DNA from: Pelomyxa schiedti | Taxonomy: Eukaryota; Protista; Evosea | NCBI GenBank assembly: GCA_020536535.1 | Contig: JAHLWZ010000861.1 | Span: 5,813-69,812 of the forward strand | Length of the DNA stretch: 64,000 nucleotides | Direction: 5' to 3' | Part shown: piece by piece, positions 1-15,228 of the stretch | How positions within the stretch are numbered: the first letter of the stretch is position 1 | Layout of the letters: each line of letters starts with the position of its first letter | Notes under the pieces: model-generated | What the model was told of the DNA's origin: nothing | What the model saw: only the letters and a program-made list of their open reading frames with translations | Databases searched by the model: none | Made by a program: the position numbers and the translations under genes

Positions 1-1817
1 CTAAAGAATTCGTTTTGCATGACATATCAGTTGAGAAAAAGGGCACAATTGAAACTTTGAGGGTAGGTCCCTGATCCGTCTCCTTACTCTAACCATCCAA
101 CAGGAACTCATTTTCAACAAATTCGGAATTCCAACAGGGGAACAACTTATCGTACAAGAACATGTACAGGTGTGGGGGAATTCACCCCCTTATTCCATGC
201 TTTCCGACCCTACTGCAAGGCTCCGAGCGGATTGCATGTTATGGGATGGCTCGAAATTATTTGTTGAGTAATGGCACGCAATGTTCTGCTATCCAAAACT
301 CAATTTATTTTAGGCAGCATGCGCCGTCCTCAGATGGCATTACCATTCCTGCGGACAGTGCTTGTGTGGCGGAAATTGAAAGATCCCGCAGTCTGTTGAA
401 TATTAAGATTATCCATATTGGAATGGGCGAGACACCAGATCTCAACCTTCAACTGTCCAGACAATCAACTCTTCTGGAACTAAAAGAAAAGCTCAGTTCT
501 GTGTGTGGAACCACTTCCCCGGCATCAACCTAACTCCGAATAAAACAGAGCACAGGTATCCCTGTTGATGAGATGAAACTTTCTAGAGGCACTGTTAATT
601 GGCGATTTGAAGTTGTGTTGCTCCCTCTGTTTCCCCATTAACAAAAATACACAGATGAAAAATGTTGCGCTTACTCTTGCGGAACATCATGTCAGTGACG
701 AGCAAGAATTATTCATCGAGAGAGGAAGACCTTTAAAACCAACAGAGACAACAATGATGTAATTCCAAGTGGCCTAAGTTCCGACTTTACTGATGCCGCT
801 TAAGGTTTTATATGTATACTCCTGATTCCTCTGTGAAGATCTACGACCATATGTTCAATCTGCCAGTAGACGAGGCAGAAACAGTCTCCGATCTCAAGAA
901 AAGGATAAGTGAAGCACTGAAAGTGCAAAAGAATATTGACATGCCATCTGATGTAATGCGACTCAGAGACATGTACAGTCATAGCCAGCTTGCATCAAAA
1001 GTATTTCTTTTTCCTGTATTCCGTATCCCAACTAGAATTCAGGTATTACCAGATAACACGATTATCAAGAACGCTCTTTCTGTAATATATTCCAACAAGC
1101 CACTGGCCATTCAGGTGTGTAATAATTTAGAACGTCTTCCTGAATATCCACCGTTCTAAATATTTGCAGCTACTACCGGGCCCGGAACCTGTGACAAGTC
1201 AATCACAAATGGTATTACTTTTGCAGCAATGGAATCCTTCTACCTTCACTGTTGGGCCTCGTGTGGAGGTAATTCCGTAACCACATACCTGCATTCAATC
1301 TGATTATAAACCCAGGTTGTGGTACCCGAATCCTTATCTGTTAGTGACCTCCGGAGGAACTTAGCACAACAAATGGGCCTTCCAGAACTGGAATGGACAA
1401 GAGTTGGCTTGGTGAAGGAACCCTATGCGTCCGTGGGACCCACAAATACTCTAGAACTTCCGGAGCTGATGTGGGACAGAGTTCCACCTGCTGAGGAGAA
1501 ACCAAGTAACATTTCAAATCCACTGCTGTATTCTTACCCAATCCCAGAATTGAGAGACCTTCCTATGTTTGTTCGTGACGGAGACCTAATTTTCTACCGG
1601 GACAATACTGAGAAGCTGAAAGTGCTATCTACTGAAGAAAAAGCTGCAATTCAGAAGGAGATAGCAGCCCGCACACCGTGTGTTACAAAAAAAAAACACT
1701 AGTTATTATTAATAGTTGTTAAATCTAACTTATACACAAAAAAGCCCGCGCATAACAAGTAGCTTCTGGGGATCAAGAAAGGAGACTGCCCTAAAAATAC
1801 ACACCGACAAGGACTAA
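1..1817 (+). CDS. USP47: USP47-like ubiquitin-specific protease, 3' portion (Ubl-like repeats and C-terminus; 5' end outside window)
   Basis: Spliced translation ends ...RDGDLIFYRDNTEKLKVLSTEEKAAIQKE...SRKETALKIHTDKD*, which resembles the USP47 C-terminus as I recall it (IFYRDKTEELMELTDEQ...RKEKALKI). Ubl-like segments: STLLELKEKL, TVSDLKKRI, SVSDLRRNL. Confidence 0.75.
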
Positions 1818-1878
1818 CACACCAAAATCGCCAGTTTTTTGTTTCACTAATATTGGTATACAATAAACCTTCCCACCA

Positions 1879-2933
1879 TCACAAGTGTTTCCACATCCAA
1901 TACAACTTCTTTTCACAGTTAGTGCGATTAGAGTGGGTATTACCCATACCTGCTCAGCACTCTTTGTTGACAACCTAGGGGGAGGTGGTGCTGGTGGGGG
2001 ACAGGGTGTAATTTTGGAGCTGGGATCAGACCCAATACTAGTTGAAGCTGCAGTTGCTGCTTCTGATGTTGCAACCTTAAAATTGAGGATTTGTTAGATA
2101 GACGAAAATAAGGGATAGGAGGAACATACAGATGGTTGTTCCGGATGGATTTGTTGGTTTTGGAGAAGGGTGAGAACGTTGGAGTTTGATGCCAGGGTTG
2201 TTGAAGGTGTTATTGTTACAGAGGGCCCGTCAATGAACCCGTGGTGTGCGTAGAAATCGTGCTTGTCCTTGGTGCTGAGATATATTGCGTCGAATCCCAT
2301 TTCAGTTGCGGTTTTCTGTGCGTGGTTCAGCAGTATTGTTCCGTAGTTCCTGCCTCTCCATTGGCTGGAAACGAGCACTTTGTTATTATGGTGAGTGCCT
2401 TATCAGATCCATTTCGCAAGTGTTACACTTATGTGCACTTATGCATTTATTGGATTTCAGTGGGTAGAATATATTCCATAGAAGTGAATGGAACCATTTT
2501 CAATGCCAACCGGATGTGGTGTAGTCACTGGGGAATGAACAACAAATGCGAAGCTGTATCCACCAATGACAGTTTTCCCATCACATAAGACCAAAGCAAA
2601 GTGCAGCGGCAATCCGTCGTTCGATTTGAGTAGAGTTTCGGTTCTAATAGAGAAAAGGGGAAGTCAAACATGCATCATTCATACTATAAGTGCATTCCCC
2701 TTAATTACCTATTCTGTTTTGATCTAGGCCAGTGTGAATTGAGTACATCACCAAGTGGATCAACAACCCACCTGTTTTCATGCACCTGTTGTAGGTCAAA
2801 CAAAACATCAAACATTCAAAAAAAAACAAAAAAAAACCTTTAGTAGGGATGGATTTAAACACGTTTTTGAGTGGCATCCCAGACACACCAATACACCAAC
2901 CCCCGGCTCACCACTTTCGCGCCCCCCGGACAT
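1879..2933 (-). CDS. NAA80: NAA80/NAT6-like GNAT N-acetyltransferase (actin N-terminal acetyltransferase family)
   Basis: Spliced product has VLNSHWPRSKQNR, an acetyl-CoA motif QWRGRNYG, IYLSTKDKHDFY, a poly-Pro loop and C-terminal LYWMWKHL*, the same layout as NAA80. Confidence 0.75.
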
Positions 2934-3087
2934 TAATTTTGCAGTGTCTTTCGAATCGCCTAGTTCAAAGAAAACTGGGTTTTGATTCTGTAAACAACAA
3001 ATGGAGGTATTATTTTGAGCTATTTGGGGTGTTGGCTGGGTTTGTACATTTTTTTTGTGTGGTATGTGCTATGGTATGGTTCTGTTT

Positions 3088-6000
3088 TTAGCTTTTGGCA
3101 GCGTCGGCAGCTTTCTTAGCGGCTGCGGCTTTCCTTTCTTCGTCCCTCTTCCTCCTCTCTTCCTTCTTTTGATCCAGTGGAGGTAATGGCGCCGGTGGCC
3201 CCCTGTTGCGATACAGAATCACGGCAATGGATACAAAGAGATGAAGCCCAGTCCACAGTACCGCGAACCCGATGGAGAATATGTAATCCACAATCACGGA
3301 CTAGTATGTATGAGGGAGGGAAATGTTGGTTAATCAATTGATAAGCGGAATGTTTGGTGGCTTGGGATTTTTTTGGAAAGAATTACCGCTGCTGGGAGGG
3401 AATCATCTGTCACGTTTGTGTATGATATCCCGAGTTCTAGAACGGCTGAGATGCAGTGACCGACAATGAGGCCAAATGTGACCAGGAAAGCGGCCAGTAA
3501 GTACAAATCCATGTATGTGAGATACTGTGTGCAGAGTTAACGGTTCTAAAGATATTCTCCATCCCCAATACAAAGGTGTTACCTGTGTCTTGCAAACTGT
3601 CACACCGGTGGAGAACCTTTTCCCAGTTACAACACAAATATAAAAGATAGAGATATCAAACATACTTGAAGAATACAACAGCGGCAACAATGGCTGCAGA
3701 AGCTTCAAATCGGCTGAAAATGGAACTTGCCTCCTTCTCAACAAACACAACAAATCCGGCTCTATTAATGCATTCAGCCCAATGAATATCCACAAAAAAA
3801 AAAAAAAAAAAAAGAAAGGGAGAAAAAGGGAAAGGCGCTATAACATACGCAACGATGCAAAACATTGGAACGAGGCAATTCCAAATGTAGTATGCCGTCT
3901 TTCTTTGGGCTGTTATCTTGTGGAGGGTGAGAAGTGACTAAACGAATTGAAAAAGAGACCTGAATTCCTTCCACATATTGTGACGGAGAATAAAATATTG
4001 TTGAATGGTAAACATCCCAATCCTCACATTCAGGGGTCGCTGAAGGATGCGTTTTGGTGCCGAATGATTGGTAATCTTGCGTACACCCATCATCGATGGG
4101 GTTGAGGCGTTCGAATTTTGGGGTAAAGGCCGTAGTAGATAAAGGCCACCTGGAAGTTGGGTGAGGTTTGCGTGAGAATATGAAAACATATACAGAGCCA
4201 TTTCAAATTGGTGTTTATCGAGAGGGAAATGTTGAAGTTGCAGTACTTTGCTGAATTCCCCTTGTGCTTTCCATTTGTACTTCACCAGTGGGTTATGGTT
4301 GTCATTATTCCTTTTATCTTTTTTTAGGGTTTGTTGCTTTTCAATCTCTGTATCACGAGCGTCAATAGTCACTGAGTGGTAAATGACACTGAAAGAATCT
4401 TGCGAGGATAAATTTTGGAATGTAAGTGGGGGTAGCCAGACAGTCTCTGGAACAACAGTCCACTCTGTTATGTTTTTGTCTTTGGGCATGTTTATCTCGT
4501 GTTGTGACTGCCAACTCATCCTCATAGAGACAGTCACTTGGAACTGGGATGTGTCAGAAACTTTCAAGTTTTTTATGTGCGCACTTTATTGTAAGATTCA
4601 TCCACCTCCATCAGTTTAACTTTCAACTGTTCAACAGTGATCTTTATCTGCTGGTAATCATCCTGGTGAACTCTCGAACTGGTCTGTGTTGCTGCCACTA
4701 TTGTCTTAATGCGATTGGCATCACCATATTTAATGGGCGAATCTGATTCAAATTGCAAATCAGTAAGGTCATCAATTTCCATGGTTTTTACAGCATTTTC
4801 AGTTATCTACAACGATTTAGAAGAATACAATATCCGTGGGATATACTTTGTTTTCTCGACAAGCTTTCACCACACTAGGATGAAATTGGCACATTGCCAA
4901 CATCTGACAGAAATCTTCAACTTCCTTACCCAGGGTATGATTTCGAAGTTGAGTGAATAGAATGGTTTGCTCCTCACCACTCAGGTCCATTTTATTCTCA
5001 CTTGCAGCGTACTTTTTCCCAGGACTGTAATATATTCTCAGTAACTGGCATAAATGGCGTAAAACATACATCCAGATATAGGTTTCAATTTGCTTGTCAA
5101 AAAGTTTCCGTGTGGTCATAGCCGCGAAACTTTTGAGGGTCTGAAGAGTAGTTAATCTTATTGCATATCATACGGGTGTGTACCAGTTTTTCGCAGTGTG
5201 CAACTATTTTCTCTGCAATCTTTTTCTGCACAGGATCCATTATGTTCAGCACGGTCTCCAAGCCTTCCTCACGCTCCCTTGCGGTCAATGGAGTACCCCT
5301 TGCAGTCATGGGTGAGGAAGTGGCAGGTGCCATCACAGGAGTCCCAGCAGCGGCAGCATTGGAACTAACAACAATACTCGTACTACTACTAGTCATCTTC
5401 GCAGTATCAACTTCCCCCGCCGTGCCAATGGCACAGCTTCCAGAAAGTGGGGAAGCCCTAGGAGTGGTACCAGATTTTACAGAAGCGGCCGTCAGACTAG
5501 GCACCCTACTACTACTGCTGCTGCTAGTAGCGGGAACAGCAGCAGCAGCAGCAGCGGCGGTAGTAGTATTAGTAGCAGCATGAGCATCAGTACGAGACTG
5601 TGTAGCACCACTCCCACCGCCACCACCACCACCACCGCTAACAACAACCACAACGGCCGCATCCGTGCCAGTCCCCCCCTCGCCGCCGCCGCCGCCGCCA
5701 CCACCACCACATGACGACGACGATGACGACGGCGACGCCAGCTTGGTCACTGGTGCACTCTGCGGCACGTCCTCCTCGTCCTCGTCCTCGTCCTTGTCTT
5801 TGGCATTGACACGCCCATCGAGCACCTTGGGCGCACCCTGGCTCCTTCTATTACCCCCGCTGCTCCCGCTGCTGTTGCTCTTGCCGCCGCCGCCGCCGCT
5901 GCTGCTGCTCGCGGAGCGCGGGGATGAGGAGGCCGAGGAGGAGGGGTGGTGGTGGTGGTGGTGGCCGCTGCGCCGCCGCCTCGGAGGAGGCCTAGCCACA

Positions 6001-6137
6001 ACACCCGCCGTTGTCGCCGCGGTGGTTGCTGCTGCTGCTGCTGCAACATTTTGCTGGTGGTCTGGGCCGTCCCTGTTGTCGCTACCACTTTCTTCGTCGT
6101 CCGTTTTGGTCGCGCGCGCCGCTTCGTCGTCCGACAT
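3088..6137 (-). CDS. Pentameric ligand-gated ion channel (Cys-less Pro-loop type) with N-terminal low-complexity region and SAM-like domain, copy 1
   Basis: WLPPLTFQNL, GEFSKVLQLQHFPLDKHQF, pre-M1 QRKTAYYIWNCLVPMFCIV, M2 SRFEASAAIVAAVVFFK, M3 YLTYMDLYLLAAF and M4 VDYIFSIGFAVLW are spread over several exons. Confidence 0.8.
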
Positions 6138-6281
6138 CGTGGGATGTATTTTGTTTTTCAGTTTTTTCTCTGATTGATTGATTCAAACTTACAAGACTGG
6201 GTGGGTAGTAGGTAGGGGGATTCAGTCCCGCGTAACTTACAGTGGTGTGTATGTGGTGTGTGGTTGTGTGTTTTGTGTTGT

Positions 6282-9218
6282 TCAGGAGGTGCTGCTGTTC
6301 TGTGGATTGATCATGGTGATGGGGCGGTGACGGCATGATGAGCAGGGGCATGTGTGCATGCAGATAGGACACCCTGTGGTAGGCATCGCAGTGGCGCCTT
6401 GTATTATCCCTAGGCACTTCTTGCAGAACTGTGCGGGGGTTAGTGTAAATGTAAACGGAAAGGTAAGTAGGTTGCGGTGACCTTGTGATTGTTGTCATTG
6501 GGGCATAGCAGGCACAGTGGCTGTTTGGATCCACACCTGTTGTGTTGCAGGTGGAATGTAAGCCTAATTTGTTTGGAAAAGCAAGGCCTACTTGTGGCAG
6601 TGACAGCACAAGGAGCTCTTTTGTTGTGGGATAACCTTGTCAATGTTTTGACTTTGGTTCCAAAACTCTGAACAGGGTGTAACACTGAAGATAACTTCAT
6701 TGTGGTCAAGGAACTCACTGAGCTGAGTGTCCAAAGTACAGTTCAGAGATTCTGCTGCAGCAAAGACCGAAACTACAGGAATATGAATCCTCTCAGGGGA
6801 AAACAGAAGCCTTTGAACTTGTGTAATGAAATCAGAGACTGTCATTTTAGGGGTGACAGGAACTTGCACTACAGGTAGAAGTGCACTGTCAGAGTGTACT
6901 GTTACCATCTTCACAGCCTCAGTAATGGCTGTGGCAGTAAGCTCAACTGGTTTCACTGTTGTCTCTTGCAGGATGTGTGTGGTATCTTTGCTATTCGAGG
7001 AGGTGTCCGCGGCTACTGTTGGTGCAGCATTGACCTCGTTTTCCAGAAGTGGCTTGTTTTGTTCTTTACATGGTGTATCAGTTGTCAATGTTGGTGGTTG
7101 TTGAGGAACGGTAGGAACACTTCGTTGTGGCTGTGAGTGCAATTGAGGCGTGGGTGGCATCGATAAGGGTGTTTCTGCTTGTGCTTGTGCTTGTGTCTGC
7201 TTCTGTGCTTGCACTTGTGGTTGTGCTTGCTTTTGTGGTTCCAGTTCCGGTTGTGGCTGTGGCTGTGGCTGTGTGCGTGGCTGGGGTTGGGGCTGTGGCT
7301 GGAGCTGTGCCTGTGGTTGGGGCTGGGGGTGTGCCTGTGGTTGGGGTTGGGGTTGTGCTTGCGCTTGTACATCAAGTTGTACTTGCTTTGTGTCAAGTAG
7401 TGCCTGTAGTTTCTGGTTCAATTGCACCTGTTGGCTATGTTCGGATTGCTGTTTGTTCTGTACCTGCTGCTGGTGCTGGTGTGGATGCTGGCGGCGGCGT
7501 TTGTGCGGATGCTGATGCCACTCCCACTTCTGCTGTTGCTGCTGCTGTTCTTGCTGTTGCTGCTGTTGTTGCTGCTGTTGTTGTTGCTGTTGCAAGTTGA
7601 AGTTCTGCTGTGCCATTTGGTCTGGTGTTTGTGGGGGGATTTGTTGCCTTTGCCGCAGAGATTCCATCCACATCTGGGTCTGTCGTTGCCTTTTCTGCAA
7701 CTCCTCATCTTGTTCCTGCCGAGTTTTCAAACTAGCTTGGCGTTGTTTTTGCCAGTCTCGAAACCGTTGGTCCTGCTGTTGTTTATGTTGCAGCTGCAGT
7801 TGCTGCAGTAGTTGTAGTTGTTGTAGTTGTTGCTGCTGTTGCTGCAGAACAGGCTGCATCCGTTCTTGTTCCCTGCTGTAACTCCACTGCCAATTTGGTG
7901 TGTTCATGCCTGCATTTAACAGGGTCTGCTGATTGTACTGTTGTTGAGGAGTGTTGATATTTAGCATGGCAGGCTGCTGGCTTGGTACAGCTGTGGGTAC
8001 CCACCCTGTTGGTTGTTGTGCTGGATACCCAGACTGTGTTGGTGCCTTTGGTCTTCTATAAGCATCAGGTGTTTGCTGAAGCTGAGGGGGCACTGGAGAG
8101 TTGAACTGTTGTTGAACCTGAGGCTGGAGCTGCGATTGGGGAGGGGCACCGAGCAGTGATTGCTGTGCGTGAAGCTGGGGCTGTTGTGATGCAACTTGTG
8201 GTCTGTTTTCTACTACTTGTGGTGGAGATTCCACATGGGGTATTTTTTGCTGCCGTGATGCTGGTGGCGTTTTGGGCTGCATTATTTGCGGCTGTTGGCT
8301 TGGTGTTAGAGGAGGCAGGGTGAGAGGGGGGAGTCCTTGGAGAAGTGGGTTTCGGTGAGTCAGATCAGAAACGCACCCGGTTAGTCCACCCTGCTGTGTC
8401 CCTTGCGCTGCTGAGGTTTGCGTTTGTTGTTGCTGTTGAGGTAGCTGCATGGGCCCGTGTACCTGCGCACCGGAAAGAACAACAGGGGTACCTGCTTGTA
8501 GATGTTGCTGCTGCTGCTGTTGCTGCACCAATGAATTGTCCTGGTCCGGATACTGCATGTGTTGTTGTAGGGCGGGGGCGGCATCATTAGCAGCAGCGGT
8601 GGCCGCCCGCACTCCAGCTCCCGGCTGCTGCTGCTGCTGCTCGTTTGCTTTTCCATGTGATCCGTCGCCGCCGCCCGGCAGCAGTGGTGGTGGTGGCGCC
8701 TGTGCCACTCCCTCACCCTCGCTCGTTCCCCCCTCGCCCTCTCGTGTCTTGTTGGCCGGCGGGGGCACGGGGTGCGAGGGAGCGCCCTGCACCCCTGTGC
8801 TTGTGCTTGTGCTTGTGCTTGTGCTTGTGCTTGTGCTTGTGCTTGTGCTTGTGCTTGTGCTTGTGCTTGTGCTTGTGCTTGTGCTTGTGCTTGTGCTTGT
8901 GCTTGTGCTTGTGCTTGTGGGTGTTGGTGCGGGGTCGTCGTGCACTAGCCGCAGGGCCGTGGGTGGTTGCGGTGGGTGGTGGTGGTCCTGGTGGTCGCGA
9001 TCTTGGGGTGGGGCGGCGCCCTCGTCGACGTAGACGGTGGCAGCGCCCTCTTCGTCGTCGCCGTCGTCGGCGGGGACTAGGATGTACTCTGTGGGCACTT
9101 CGTCTTCAACAAAGATGATTTCCGTGTCAGATGTCTCGGGCTCCCCTCCGTCGTCCATGCTTTTGTTGCTGTTGTTGGCAGGGCGTGTGCTCCCGCCATC
9201 AGCGTCTTCGTCGCCCAT
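6282..9218 (-). CDS. Q/P-rich protein with C-terminal zf-4CXXC_R1 (CDCA7-type) zinc finger
   Basis: An 876-aa ORF plus two short exons gives CHCHKC...CLLC...HKFCKKCL...CPICMHTCPCSSCR...* (stop at 6282-6284). Confidence 0.7.
8797..8916. repeat. (GTGCTT)20 hexamer microsatellite encoding a poly-(Thr-Ser) tract
   Basis: Perfect tandem array seen directly. Confidence 0.95.
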
Positions 9219-9287
9219 GGTTTTTTTTTTTCACCAAAATTTTTATCGGAATGAAATTTTTTTGGTATGATCGAAAAGCTGATGAAC

Positions 9288-12200
9288 TTAATGCAGTTTG
9301 AGACCGTAGTTGCGCAGGGTGACAATAATTGTGCTTGACTTGGCCGCCAGCCCGCCAGACGTGGATTTGTCCAAGTCAGGCTTATGGGCAACCAAACTTG
9401 GCTCTGGGGGTCCTGCCCGGCCATACATGAATATCACAATCACGATGAAAATATGCAGTCCAATCCACAGGGTCGCCATTCCTATGGAGAATATGTAATC
9501 CACTGTGACTGCCTGTAGTATGTATCATTAGTAGTTGAATCGGCGGTACTGTTTATATACTGCGGGATTATAGGGAGGCAAATACCGATGCCGGGAGGGA
9601 ATCGTTAAGTTGGTCAGGATGTGCGAGATCAAGTACACATGATATGCTGTGTCCAATAATGAGGCCAAATGTGACCAGGAACGCGGCCAGAAGGTACAAG
9701 TCCATGTACGTTAGGTACTGCACAAAGCAAGAGTAAGAACTCAAGTTAATTGTGTGTGTTACCTGTGTCTTGCAAACTGTCACACCGGTGGAGAACCTTT
9801 TTGTTGTGTGAGGAACAACTTACAACTTTACAACATACTTGAAGAATACAACAGCGGCGACAATGGCCGCTGAAGCTTCAAATCGGCTGAAAATGGAGCT
9901 TGCCTCCTTCTCAACGAACACAACAAATCCGGCCCTGTTTAGTAATTCAACTCCTGAGTGGGAGAAGTAAAAGGCATACGCAACGATGCAAAACATTGGT
10001 GCAAGGCAATTCCAAATGTAATATGTGGTCTTTCTTTGGGCTGATATCTTGCGATAGGTGAGAAGTTTGCCATTTCAAGGAGGAAGACCTGGATGGTGGA
10101 AACATAATTTTTGGGATAGAATAGCGTCTTTGGGTGAACATCCCAGTCCTCACAATCACCCTTAGCTGCTGGCCTGACAATTTGACCAAACTTCTCGACT
10201 TTTTCCTTTGGAACAAATTTTGGGGTATATTGGGTTGTTACTTGAGGCCACCTGAGTTTTAAGTTAAATTCCCTCTGGGACTTGGTAATGGAAAACACAC
10301 AGAGTCATTTCAAACTTGTGGGTATCGAGTGGGAATTTGTGAAGTTTTAGTATCTCGCAGAATTCTCCATGTGCTTTCCAGCGATATATAACGTATGGAT
10401 TTTTGTTGTCGGTATTTTTACTTGGTATTTTTTTTTGATCCTCTGTAGCGGTTTCGTATGGAACAATAGTCACGGAGTGGCATATAACACTGAAAGAATC
10501 TGGTGAGGATAGATCATGAAAAGAAAGTGGTGGTAGCCAGACATAATCTGGAACCACTTCACTTCGTGTATTGACGTTTGCAGTGATTGGAAGATCAGTC
10601 ATTGATTTCCAAGTCATCCTCATAGAGACAGTTGCTTGGAACTATTTTTCTGTTGCCATATACTATGGCAGGAGGTGTGGGCAGATACCTTGTTGTAAGA
10701 TTCATCTACTGCCATCAATTTTACATTCACCTTTTCTGCTCTGATGAAAACCTCGTTTTCTTCCTTAAGTTTTTTTGGAGTCTGTATTGCTCCCACCATC
10801 GCCTTGATGCGGCTGGCATCACCATAAGTTATATATGTGCTGGTACCAAGTTTCAGGCCAGTAAGATCACCAACTTCCATTGTTTTTACAGAACGTTCTG
10901 TTATCTGTTTCTTTTAGGGAAATAACCTAAGAGACATATTACCTTGTTTGCTCTACAAGTATCAATTACGGACTTGTGAAATTTACTTTTCTCCAAATCT
11001 ATGCAGAAGCGCGTCACCTCGACTTCCAATACATATCTTCGAAGCTGTGAAAATAATAGAGTACCCTCATCAAGAGTCAAGTTCAAGGCTGCTCCCAAAT
11101 GGGTGCTAATTTGAGTATCAAAACCTTTCCGACTTTCCATGAGTTCGAATTTTTCAAAAGCCTTTTTTTTTAGTTTCAATATATTCAACGGGAAAATGAG
11201 CACACAATTTTCTGTTTTGAGTGCAACATCTTGACTGCAATATTGTCTTGGGTGGGATCACTTCTGTCAAGCACTTTTACTAAGCCCGTGGAGTAGCTTT
11301 GTAGTTGCGAAACTACTATCTTTTGTTCTTCCACTGTCAAATTCAACGTTCTGCTGATTATTAGGTCACTATGGCGAAATTAAGTAACATTCTCCAAACG
11401 ACGTTTTACTTCATCACATTGGTTCTGCGTACTAATTTCCAGGTCCTGAGAATACGCTGTTACTTGCCAAATTGCAAACTGCGTCATTAAGCGCACCATT
11501 AACTCTTTAGAGTCAGCTATCTTGATAGCAATATCTTGGTGCACAGGATCACATCTATCAAGCACGCACTCCAACCCACAGGCAGCTCCAATCCTACCTA
11601 AAACGCAATATCTAAGTGCTTCCAGGACAAGTTTGTAAACCCCACCCACCAACCCACCCCAGCCCCGCGCCACTATAGCAGCAGTAGTAGTAATAACAAG
11701 GCCGTACCAGCAGCCACCGCCTTGTCGTTAGCATTGCGGGTATTCGTGCCCACATCACCAGGACTGGCCTCCTCGGATATAACGGTACGAGGGTGAGGTG
11801 GTTTGATTGATGCAGCAGCAGCAGCGGCAGCAGCAGCAGAGGTAGTACTAGTACTAGTAGTGGTGGTGGAGGTGGTGGTTTTAGTTTGGGTTTTGGTGGT
11901 GGTTGTGGTGGATGCATGTGACCCTGGCATGTCGACGTGCAGGTGGTTGGTGTTTGCACATTCCATTACTGGTTGTTCCTGCGGGTGCCTAGTGGTGGAC
12001 TGTACCATTAGATGGTGACGATGATGCTGATGGTGGTGGGGGCGGTGGTGGTGGCGTTGGCGTTGGTCACCGCCAGTGGAACTGCCACTGTCACTGACAC
12101 TGACACTGACACCACCACCAGCAGCAGCAGCAGCAGGATCCCCTGTGGTGGTTGTGGTGGCTGCGGTAGCACCTGTTTGGGGGGCTGTGCCGGTTGTTTT

Positions 12201-12479
12201 AGACGCCACCGCCCGCGTGGCCGGGGACTGCGAGGGGGATTGGGATGCTGACGATGAGGACGATGATGATGACGACGAGGCGACGGTCGACGATGCAAGA
12301 GCAAGAGCAGGAGCAGGAGCGGGCGGAGGGTGCCTCGCCGAGGACGGCGATGACGATGATGGGACTGGCCTGCTGCGGGGCCGTGCTCGTCTATTGTACT
12401 GGCTGCTCCGCCTCATCATCTTGCCCGTGGTCGTTGTCGTGGTCTTTGGTACTGACTCGGAGGAGGAGGACGAATGCAT
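9288..12479 (-). CDS. Pentameric ligand-gated ion channel with SAM-like domain, copy 2 (tandem paralogue)
   Basis: WLPPLSFHDL, GEFCEILKLHKFPLDTHKF, the same M2 and M3 peptides as copy 1, and shared intron positions. Start codon approximate. Confidence 0.78.
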
Positions 12480-12567
12480 TGGAGACAGACTTCTTTGTTG
12501 TCGGCAAAAACGGAACGGTGTTCCGCGAAGTTCAGTTTGGGCGATCAAACAAAGTCAGGGTTTCCTC

Positions 12568-14897
<2,330 letters not shown>

Positions 14898-15228
14898 TCC
14901 GGTGTCGTGTCGCTCCTTCGTAGTGCGTACTGATCGAGATTTTCCTGAATGTACGAAAATCTCGATCAGGAAGATTGGCCCAAATGACAAGGAGTGCCTC
15001 AGGAAGGAACCCACAATGCTGAGAAACTCCAAGCCCCGAGGGGTTCTCACTGAGTGGGTGTGGGTGGTTTCAGAGTGACGATGAAACTTAAGTTTTTGAT
15101 TTCATCAGGTTGGTTGTTTCGGTGTACAGCACTTGCCGGACCAAATTTCATTCGGCACTCACCCGAAGGATCTTGTGAGAAATACAAACAAAAAAAAAAA
15201 CCAAACATCGAATCGTGGGGGCAGCAAA

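Noticed and set aside
8797-8916. Regular repeat arrays (also 34264-34388) considered as CRISPR or telomeric repeats
   Set aside because: They are simple microsatellites with no spacers, in a eukaryotic context.
5161-9118. Many long antisense ORFs rich in C, V, L and A
   Set aside because: Shadow frames of low-complexity codon repeats on the coding strand.
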